Origin: Callorhinchus milii
Taxonomy: Eukaryota
Length of the DNA stretch: 64,000 nt
Direction: 5' to 3'
Assembly (NCBI RefSeq): GCF_018977255.1
Contig: NW_024704742.1
Coordinates: 139,068,001 to 139,132,000, forward strand
The translations under genes and the position numbers were made by a program. The notes under the pieces were generated by a model. That model was not told the DNA's origin. It was given only the letters and a program-made list of their open reading frames with translations, and did not search any database. Below are positions 49,215-59,710 of this stretch, piece by piece (the stretch's first letter is position 1; the number at the start of each line of letters is the position of its first letter).

Positions 49215-50480
49215 ACCTGGAAATGTCCCCGTCAGGAATGGAGTGTTCGCTCTCTCCTCGAAGGGAGGCAACAATCTTCTTACCTAATTCCAAACAGGAT
49301 TAGGCACAGATTGACAAGTGCCAAGGCTTGCGGTCCCCCGAGTGTGTGTTGGGGGTAATTTACACAGAAAGTACAGCATGGAAACAGGCCATTTAGCCCA
49401 TCCAGGAGAGTCTTGTAGTCAGTGGTTAGAGCACTCGCTTCGCAAGTGAGCGAGAGATCTGGGTTGGATTCCCGGTCAGGGTGAAACATTGGGCAAGTTT
49501 CCTTACTCCACACACACATCTCTGTTTACCAGCAGGAAAGTAGGAACTCGCTTATTAGTTGATTGGTGGATCGCTTTTCCAGGAGTAATAATCCCTTAAA
49601 AGAAATACACTCAATCCACAACTATTTGTGGAACACTGTTGTGCGCAATTGGCTGCCGCATTTCGCACACAAAATACTGTGTACAGTCAATTCACTTCAT
49701 AGTCTGTGAAGCGCTTTGAGACGTCTCGAAGATGTGAAAAGGCACTGTATTAAATTCAAAGAATATTATAATATTATCCAATTTTGACTGTTTATTACCC
49801 AACACAGCACCCTTCATGCCAGACGTTGTCTCAGAGTCTCCACCCTTTCCATACTCGCTCCCAAACCCTACTATTCCCCTTGCCCTAAGGTGACGGTCTA
49901 ACTGCTGGAGTCTAACCAGGTAAAATCACATAGTTTGCCATTGATATCACTGTCTGGCAAGCTTTCCTGTTGCTTGTCCAGCTAGGATCACCCTCACCTG
50001 TTGGGGCTTTGGCTTTGGTTAACAGAAGCTGAGTGGGAGGTTAGTCATGTATCAAATGTAATACCCAGTGACGGTGTAGCGATTACTCCACTTGACACCT
50101 GGAGTGTGAGATGCCCTTCTGTGTCAGGGAGTGGAGACAGAGGCCATTGTAGCCTTCAAGAGGGAAGTGGACAAATGCATGAAAGAGAAGAGGTGTTGGG
50201 ATAGGGCGTGCGGTGGGATTGATGCAATATCTTTGTTCTGGGAGCCTGCGCAGACTTAATGGGCCGATTGGCCTCAATCTGTGATTTTTATTATTTATTT
50301 GATTCTGTTTATATGATCTGTCCCTCCAAATCCTGGGGCTGAGCCAGGCTGTCTACTGTCAACAGCAGTGCCCGGGAATACTGAGGCCCCACCTGGCTCA
50401 GAGAGCGTCACAGAGGGTGGACTGGAGTCCAAAACTCAGTTACCAACAATGTCACTTTGGATCCAGTTCAGCTCCAGACA
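49215..50480 (+). repeat. Unclassified dispersed repeat, fragmented copy (interrupted by SINE 49408-49770 and CR1 bits)
   Basis: Blocks at 49215-49350, 49900-50040 and 50320-50480 match copies 1-2 in order. Confidence 0.65.
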
Positions 50481-51257
50481 CTCCGCTCCCAGCAGCCAAG
50501 GCCAAACCAGATGGACAGAGACTTGGCTGTGCAGGATTAAGGGGCTAGGATGGAAGGGTGGGGCATTGGGATTAAAAGAGACTGAATTAAAAGATCCTTT
50601 CAACAGTCAAAGCAAACCCTCATTAATCAACAGATAGAGAGGCCACCTTAGGTCAGGGTGCCTGTGCGTAGATAGAGCCAACCACACGCTGACGTCACTC
50701 TGGCACTAAACCGCTTTCTGACAGCTCTTCCTGGCTCTGGTGTAAAGCTTTTGGTTGGGAAATAGTCACCCTGTTACACTGACTGACAAATAGGCCGGCT
50801 GGTCACGGTGATGGGTTTGTGTGTGCATCACAGAGTGCTCGGTGACCACCTGATGGTGAGGGGTTACCTCTGCACATGGAACGGGGCTCGCAGACAGGTT
50901 TAAACTGTTTTAAGTGGCAAAAAAAACTGTTTGTTGTGCGACTGAAAAAGAGAAGGGAGTTTCCTGGCAATTAATTCCCCTGAATAAAATTGATTGTTCA
51001 CGTGATGGTTTTTGTGCTGCGATGCTGTGAGCACGTTGATGTCACTGTGACAGGTTTTTGACAATAAAACCCAATGGAAGGATAATGATTATTATTACTA
51101 AGCCACGTAACTGTGTCTGAGCTGATCCAGGCTACGTCCAACGCACAATGTAGGAGTTGGACCCGGTGTGTGTGTTGCTCTGTAATTGGAGGAAATTACT
51201 CTGAAATCACGTCTATATTGAGCTCCTGTGTATTCAGAGAATCGACATGACCCATTG

Positions 51258-51695
51258 GCCCAGAGTGTGTGTTGGGGTAACTGCTGGAGTCTCACCGGCT
51301 AAACCACACAATATACAGTCAATTCACTTTACAGCATATTCTGTGAAGCGCTTTGAGATGTCTGGAAGGCACAATAAGACCCCTATCAAATGCAAGGATT
51401 ATTGTTATTTATTATAGCTCGGCCATTGATATCACTGTCGGCAGCTTTCCCGTTGCTTGTCCGGCTCGGACCCCCTCCCCGTTAGTTAGGGCTTTGGCTG
51501 TGGGGTTAACAGGAGCTGAGGGGGAGGATTCCCTGCCTTCAGTGACTGGTCGGCCCTTCCAGGTCCTGCTGCTGAGCCGGGCCGGACCCTGGATACTGCG
51601 GCCCCTCCTGGCTCAGGAACCGGACTAGAGACCGGCACAGATGGGGGGCTCAATTCCCACATTCCATTGCTAAACCCGTCACCTTGGGGCCAATT
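51258..51695 (+). repeat. Direct duplicate of 10345-10745 (unclassified repeat with embedded SINE tail)
   Basis: Near-identical sequence; ORF 51353-51628 mirrors ORF 10477-10716. Confidence 0.88.
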
Positions 51696-52049
51696 CAAAT
51701 TATACAGTCAGTTCACTTTACAGTGTATCCTGTGAAGCGGTTTGAGACGTCTTAAAGACATGACAAGGAGTTATATCAATCGCAAGCTGATTATTTTATT
51801 ATAAGTGTGATTGTATGTGTGATTGTACATGTGTGTAATGTGTGTGTGATTGTGCGTGTAGTTATATGTGTGTGATTGTATATGGTTGTGTGTGAGTGTA
51901 GAGTCCTGTATATCTGTGGAGCGCTTTGAGAGACTGGAAGACGTGAAAAGCGCTATATCAAAATGTAAGGATTATTATTATAGTGTGATTGTGTGTGTGT
52001 AATTATGTGTGTGTCTGATTGTATGTGGTTGTGTGTGATTGTATGTGGT

Positions 52050-54405
52050 AACAAACAAGTCCCTTCACAATCCATGACCTGACCTCGAGGAAAACATTGA
52101 CATCCTCGCTCTCACAGAAATCTGGGTCACGCCAGGCGACACCTTCCCACTAGTTGAGGCCACACCTCCGGGTTATACCTTTCACCAAACCTCACGGCCT
52201 AATTGCTGTGGCAGTGTTGTGGCTCTCATCTCCCGGTCCCCCCTCGGCCTTTCCCCTTCTCCGGAACCTTCCCCTTCTTTGTACACCTTACCCTCTACCA
52301 CCCCTCCGGGCTTTCCCTCAAAATCCTCCTTGTTTACCGACCCCCTCAAGCCTTCCCCCACCTTCCTCTCGGACAGTTCAGGTTCAGTTCCCGCCCCACT
52401 AAAAACAGCCGTCATCACCCCCATCTTGAAAAAACTTTCCCTGGACCCATCCCTCCTCTCCAGCTACTGCCCCATCTCTAACCTCCCATTCCTCTCCAAG
52501 ATTCTGGAACGAGTCATTGTATCCCAGCTCTGCTCCTTTCTCTTTCGCTATTCCCTCTTTGACCCCCTCCAATCCGGCTTCCGCGCTGCCCACAGCATGG
52601 AAACAGTCCTGGTCACAGTCACTAATGACATTCTGAACATCTGTAATCAGGGCTCCCTCTGCCTCCTTGTCCTCCTCAACCTCTCTGCCGCCTTCGACAC
52701 TGTCGACCACTCCATCCTCATACACTATCTCTCCTCTTTACTTAATCTTCGCAGATCAACCTCCATGGTTGCACACTATAACTCACCAGCCCGTCAGGAA
52801 CCTCGGTGTCTTGTTCGACCCTCAACTGTCTTTTCTTCCCCACATCCAAGCCACGACCCGCTCTGCCTTCCCTCACCTCCGTAACATCGCCCGACTCCGC
52901 CACTGTCTCACCCCTCAGGCCACTGAAACTCTTGTTCATGCCTTCATCGGCTCGACTATGCAAACACCGTGCTTGTCGGCCTTCCCAACTCCTCCCTCCA
53001 CAGCTGCAGATAATCCAGAACTAACTCTGCAGCCCGTGTCCTCTCCCGAACCAAACTCCATGACCCCATCTCCCCCATTCTCGCCCGACTCCATTGGTTC
53101 CCTATCCTTCAGAAAAACCAGTTCAAGATCCTGGTCCTCACTTACAAAGCCCTCCATGGCCTCGCCCCACCCTACCTCTGTGACCTGACACCCGCTCATC
53201 CAGGTTGACACACCATGTGACGATCTGACATACAGTGATACACACTAACGTACGCTGAGCCAGGCTGACACACGCTGAGCCGGGCTGACACACGCTGAGC
53301 CGGGCTGACACACGCTGAGCCGGGCTGACACACGCTGAGCCGGGCTGACACACGCTGAGCCGGGCTGACACACGCTGAGCCGGGCTGACACGCACTGATA
53401 CACACTGACACAAACTCATACGCTTTGGCTCTCATCAACGTCTTAAATCTCATGGCTCTCACCTCCTCCACCTTCCTGACCTCCCCTTAAAACTCTCCGA
53501 ACCCTACACAACCCAGGCGTCAGGTTCGACCCCCAATTATCCTTCCTCCCCCACATCCGGTCCCTCACCAGCACCGCTTTCTTCCACCTCCGACACATCG
53601 CCCGTCTCCGCCAATACCTCTCCCCAAAAGCCGCTGAATCCCTGGTCCAGGCCTTTGTCACCTCTCGGCTGCACTACTCTAACGTCCTCCTCACCGGTCG
53701 CCCCTCCACTGCCATCCATAAAATCCAGGTCACCCAGAACTCTGCCGCCCGCATTCTCACCCGCCCCAAACCCCACTCCCCGATCCCCCCAGTCCTGGCC
53801 CTCCCCCCTTACCCCAAACCCCACTCCCCGATCCCCCCAGTCCTGGCCCTGCCCCCCACTCCCAAACCCCACTCCCCGATCCCCCCAGTCCTGGCCAGAC
53901 TGCACTCGCTGCCTATCCCAGAGAGGATCCACTTCGAGATCCACACCTCGTATTCAAGTCCCTGCGCTCCTCTGCACCCCCCGACCTCTCTGACCTCCTC
54001 TCTCCTCAGCACAACACCCGTTGCCTTCGTTCCCCCGGGTCTGGCCTCCTCCTCGTCCCCCGAGCCCTCCGCTCCCCCCTCGGCGGCTGTGCCTTCAGTC
54101 CCTGTGCCCCGAGGCTCTGGAACTCCCTTCCTCACTCCCCTCCCCTCGTCCTCTCTCTTCCTATTCTCAGGTCTCGGCTGAAGACCTTTCTTCAGCCGAG
54201 ACCTGAGACCTTTTCTAACCCTGGCTCCTCCCCCTCCCTCTGGCTCCTCCCCTCCCTCTGGCTCCTCCCCCTCCCCTGGCTCCTCCCCCTCCTTCTGGCT
54301 CCTCCCCCTCTCCTGGCTCTTCCTCAGGATCCGTTACTGTGAAGGTCTGAGACGCTGTCCTTGGTGGAGAGCGCTGTATGCATCCAAGTTGTTTTTGTTG
54401 TTGTT
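52050..54405 (+). mobile_element. L2 fragments (endonuclease remnant, RT with deletions, 3' ends) with embedded minisatellites (53254-53392, 53760-53895, 54220-54322)
   Basis: [32 protein letters not shown]; tail at 54330-54405. Confidence 0.82.
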
Positions 54406-54507
54406 GACACACACTGATACACACTGAGCCGGGCTGACATACACAATGTGAGGATAGGACAGAGATGACAGACAGGGTGAGAACAGGACAATGTCAGGAC
54501 AGGACAA

Positions 54508-54833
54508 TTAATAATAAATAATAATAATCCTTGCATTTGATATAGCGCTTTTCACATCTTCCAGACTCTCAAAGCACTTCACAGAATATACTGTAAAGTG
54601 AATTGACTGTATATTTGTGGGCGAACGCGGCAGCGTTGCGCACAGCAATGTCCCACAAACAGTTGTAGATTGAAAATGACCAATTTATTATTGTTTTGTT
54701 TTTTTGGAGGAATTATTATTAGGCTCTGTGTGGAGTAAGGAAACTTGCCCGAGGTTTCGCCCTCTGCCTGGAATTGAACTCAGGTCTCTCACTTGCAAAG
54801 CAAGTGCTCTAACCACTGAACTACAGGACTCCA
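54508..54833 (-). mobile_element. tRNA/Deu SINE, young subfamily
   Basis: Full-length reverse-complement copy. Confidence 0.9.
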
Positions 54834-54949
54834 CAAAGTGAGGACAAAGTGAGAACAAGAGAGTGTGAGGACAGAACAAAGTGAGGACAGGACAGTATCT
54901 TAGACTTTTTATGTCTGAGGTCCTTGACTGAGTCGTCACTTCTCAGCTT

Positions 54950-56412
54950 CGCTCTTTCCTTTCACTCCCTCCATGAACCCCTCCAATCGTGTTTCTGTGC
55001 TGCCCACAGCATGGACACTGCTCTGGTCAAGATCACAAATGACATCCTGACCATGTGTGACCAGGGCTCCCTCTGCCTCCTCGTCCTCCTCGACCTCTTC
55101 ACCGCCTTTGACACTGTGGACCACTCAATCCTCCTCCACCGCCTCTCCTTCCACCTCAACCTTCAAGGTTCTGTCCTTGAGTGGTTCAGGTCCTACCTTT
55201 CACACCACCTCCACTTCGTCTCTACAAACGGCTTCTCCTCGAGCCCTCACACTGTCTCGTGTGGCGTTCCTCAGGGCTGTGTCCTCGGTCCCCTCCTCTT
55301 CATCCTCTACATGCTCCCCCTTGGTGACATCACCCGCAGACATGGGGTAAATTTCCACATGTATGAGGATGACACCCAACTCTACCTCTCTGCCTCCCCC
55401 CTGATCTCCAGGACCACTGGCGTCCTGACCGACTGCCTGTCCCACATCAAGTCCTGGATGAGGGACAACTTTCTCCAACTCAACGTCACCAAGACCGAGG
55501 CCCTCCTGATTGGCTCGCGCCAACGCCTCCTCACCTCGGGCGCTGGCAGCATCAGCCTCCATGGCTGCACACTCAACCTCACTAAGCCAGTCAGGAACCT
55601 GGGGGTCTTGTTTAACCCTGAACTGTCCTTTCTCCCCCACATCCGCGCCATGACCGGCACTGTCTACCACCACCTCCGCAACACTGCCAGACTCTGCCAC
55701 TGCCTCACCCCTCAGGCCCCCAAACCCTCACTCTCGCACATCAAGACTCGGTTATGGAAACTCCCTCCTCATCAGCTTTCCCAATTCTTCCCTTCACAAG
55801 CTGCAGATCATCCAAAACTCTGCAGCTCATGTACTCTCACACACCAGGCTCCCCGACCCCATCACCCCCACCCTCGTCCGACCCCATCACCCCCACCCTC
55901 GCCCGACCCCATCACTCCCACCCTCGCCCGACCCCATCATCCCCACCCTCGCCCACTCCACTGGCTCCCCATCCCTCAGAGGATCGAGTTCAAGATCCTC
56001 ATCCTCACCTTTAAGGCCATCCATGGCCTCGCCCCCTCCTACCTCTCTGACCTGCTGACTCCCTGCCAACCTGCCCACTCCCTCCGTTCAGTGGGCTCCG
56101 GCTGCTCCATGTGTCCTGCCCTACCATCGGTGGCCGGGCTTTCGGCCTCTCTGCCCCCACACTCTGGAACTCCATCTCTCTGTCCCTTCGCCTCGCTTCC
56201 TCCCTCGCCTCCTTCAAGGCCGGTCTCAAGACCCTCCTCTTCGATCGTGCCTTCAGTTGCTCTCCCACCTCTCTGCCTTCCCTCACCACTACTCCACCCC
56301 TACCCCCTACCCCATCCCACCCCATGCTTGGGTCTTGACCCCTGACTGTTCAGCGGTTTGGGATGTTCTCCCAATGTGAAAGGGGTTCTATGAATGTAAT
56401 TTTGTTATTGTT
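54950..56412 (+). mobile_element. L2 RT-to-3' end, the least degraded L2 in the window
   Basis: Open frame LLDLFTAFDTVDH...GVPQGCVLGPLLFILYMLPL...HMYEDDTQLYLS (YADD changed to YEDD); 5'-truncated; TTG tail. Confidence 0.93.
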
Positions 56413-56414
56413 GT

Positions 56415-59040
56415 AATGAGGACAGGACAAAGTGAGGACAGTAAAGTGTGAGGTCAAGACAGTGTATGGAGAGGACAGTGTGAGGGCAGGAGAGAGTGTG
56501 GACAGGACAATGTACGGGTATGACAGAGTGAGTATGGGACAATGTGAGTATAATGTAATGACAGAACTGTGTGAGGACAGGACATGAAAGTGTGGGAACA
56601 GGATAAAGTGAGTACCGGTCAGTGTCATGACAGGAAAGTGTGAGGACAGTATTTTGTGAGGAAACAACAGTGTGAGTATAGGACAAAGTGAGTACAGGTC
56701 AGTGTTAGGACAGGTCAGATTGGAGACATGACAGTGTGAGGATAGGACAGTGTGAAGACTGGACCGTGTGAGGTCAGGACAGTTTAGGACAGGACAGTAT
56801 GAGGACAGGAATGTGTGAGGACAGGACAGTGTGAGGACAGGACAGTGTGAGGACAGGACAGTGTGAGGACAGGAATGTGTGAGGACAGGACAGTGTGAGG
56901 ACTGGACCGTGTGAGGACTGGATCAGTGTGGGGACGGGACAGTATGAGGTCAGGACAGTGTGAGGTCAGGAGATGCCGCTCTGAGACGCTCTGAGACGCC
57001 ATTCAATAACATCATAGCTGATCTTCAGACCTGACTCTAATTACCCGCCCTCTCCCATAGCCCCTAATGCCTCTGTTGTTTAAACGTCTGTCAGTCTCAG
57101 CCTTGAAGCTGTTCGAGGACTGACATCTACAGCCTTCGGGGGAGTGGATTCCATAAAGTCACTGCTCTCTGAGTGAAGAAATGTTTCCTCAACTCTGTTC
57201 TAAAAGGCTGACCCTTAATTTTCAGACTGTGACCCCTGGTTATAGATTCTCCTCCCGGGGAAACAGACCCTCAGTGTCTACTTTATCAGCCCTTTAAGAA
57301 TCTTATATGTTTCAATAAGATCTCCCCTAATTCTTCTGTACTCTGGAGAATACAGCCCCAGTTTATTCAGCCTCTCCTCATAGGTCAGTCCCCTCATCCC
57401 AGGAACTAACCGAGTGAATCTACGCTGCACCCGCTCGAGGGCAAGTGTGTCCTTTTTTAAATAAGGACCAAAACTGCACACAATACTCTCAGTGTGGTCT
57501 CAGGACAGGATAGTGTCAGGCCATCAGAGGACAATGTGAGGACAGGACAATGTGGGTAGCGGACACAGTGATGACAGGACTGTGGTAGGAAAGGACAGTT
57601 TGAGGACAGGACATTTTGTGGAAAGGACAGTGTCCGTAAAAGTCAGAGTGAGGATAGGACAGAGTGAGGACAGGACAGTGTGAGAACAAGACTTCATCAG
57701 GACAGGAAAGTGTGAGGACCTGTCAGTGTGAGGAAAGGACAGTGTGAGGACAGGATAGTGTGAGGACAGGAAACTGTTAGGACTGGACAGTGCGCAGACA
57801 GGTCAGTGTGATGACGGGGCAGTGAGTGGAGAGGACAATTTGAGGATATGACGGTTTGAGGTCAAGTGAGTGTGAGGATCGGACATTGCGAGGACAGTGT
57901 GAGGAGAGGGCATTGTGCGAACAAGAGAGTGTGAGGACTAGTATAACTGCCGTTACTGTAAAGCGCTCTGAGATGCCGTCTGGCGTGGAGGGCGCTATAT
58001 AAATCCAAATTGTTGTTATTGTTGTTGTCTATGTGAGGACAGGACATTGTGATGACAGTGTGAGGACAGGAGAGTGTGTGGTCAAGACTGTGAGTAAAGA
58101 TCAGCTCAGTGTGAGTACAGGAGAGTGTTAGAACAGGACAGTGTGAGGAGAGGGAAATTTGAGGACAGGAGAGTTTGAGGACATGGCAGTGTGAGGACAG
58201 GACATTGTGAGGACAGCACTGTGTGAGGACGAGAGTGTGAGGACAGGAGAGTGTGAAGAGCGGACAGTGTGAAGACTACTTCTGAGGATAGGACATCAAC
58301 AACAACAACAACTTAGATTTATATAGTGCCCTCCACGCCGGATGGCATCTCAGAGCGCTTCACAGTAATGGATCCCGGGGACCGAGCCGGGGGGGAAGGT
58401 GACCAAAGGCGCGGTCGAAAAGAAAGGTCTTCAGCAGAGACCTGAAAATAGGAAGAGAGGGGGCGAGACGAAGGGAGTGAGGAAGGCAGTTCCAAAGCCT
58501 CGAGGTATAGTGGCTGAAGGCACGGCTGCTGATGGTGGAGCGGAGGATTCAGGGGACAAGGAGGAGGCCAGAACAGTTTGAGAACAAAACAGTGTAGTGA
58601 CATGAAAGTATTACGGCATGACAGTGTGGGGACAGGACAATGTGAGGACTGGACAGTTTGAAGAACGGACAGTGTCAGGACAGGTCAGTGTGAGGAGAGG
58701 ACAGTGTCAGGACTGGACAGTGTGAGGACAGGACAGGTTGAGAACAGGGCAGTTTGAGGACAAAACATTGTGGTGACAGGAAAGTATGACCACACGACAG
58801 TATGAGGACTGGACAGTGTGAGGACAAGATTGTGTGAGGAAAAGTCTATGTAATGACAGTACAGTGTGAAGTCAAGATAATGTGAGGACAGGTCAGTGTG
58901 AGGACAGGACTGTGTAAGGACAGGACTGTGTGAGGACAGGACTGTGGAGGACAGTGTGAGGACAGGACTGTGTAAGGACAGTGTGAGGACAGGACTGTGG
59001 GAGGACAGTGTGAGGACAGGACTGTGTGAGGACTGGACAT
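56415..59040. repeat. Degenerate 16-nt satellite (GAGGACAGGACAGTGT), also at 54440-54510 and 54835-54900, interrupted by CR1/L2 pieces
   Basis: The unit is clearest at 56815-56900. Confidence 0.88.
57000..57500 (-). mobile_element. CR1 3' fragment; inverted match to 31610-32100
   Basis: LERVQRRFTRLVPGMRGLTYEERLNKLGLYS. Confidence 0.9.
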
Positions 59041-59106
59041 TAATGGCTGCGTGTTCAAGGATTATTATTATAACATTTATTACAACATTATAACATGTTA
59101 TAACAG

Positions 59107-59710
59107 TCTAACAAATCTAATAGAATTTTTCGATGAGGTAACGGAGAGGGGATAAAGGTAGTGAAGTTGATGTCGTTTATACGGACTTTCAAAAGGCATT
59201 TGACAAAGTGCCACATGAAAGACTTGTAAGAAAGATAGAAGCCCACGGTATAAAAGGGACAGTGGCAGCGGATCCAGAACTCACTGGGAGACAGAGAGCA
59301 GAGAGTTGTGGTGAACGGCTGCTTTTCTGACTGGAGGGACGTGTACAGTGGTGTCCCCCAGGGATCGGTATTAGGACCACTGCTCTTCCTAATATACATA
59401 AATGATCTGGACTTGGGTATAGCAAATACCATTTCCAAGTTTGCGGACGACATAAAGTTAGGGAGGGGGTAAACAGTGAGAAGGATAGGAGCCGACTTCA
59501 GGAAGACAGAGACAGATGGTAAGATGGGCGACACGTGGCAGATGAGTTTCAATGTGGAGAAATGCGAAGTAATGCATTTTGGTAGAAAGAATGAGGGGAC
59601 GCAATATAGGCGGTAATACAATCTTAAGGGGGTAAAAGAACGGAATGACCTGCGGGGTAGGTGTGTGCAGGTAAATGAATCTTTGAAGGTGTCAGGATAG
59701 GTAGATAGCA
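59107..59710 (+). mobile_element. CR1 RT fragment
   Basis: [27 protein letters not shown]. Confidence 0.88.

Noticed and set aside
54924..56345. 473-aa ORF as a host gene or active RT
   Set aside because: It is a 5'-truncated L2 ORF2 with YEDD in place of YADD and frame drift in the C-terminal half.
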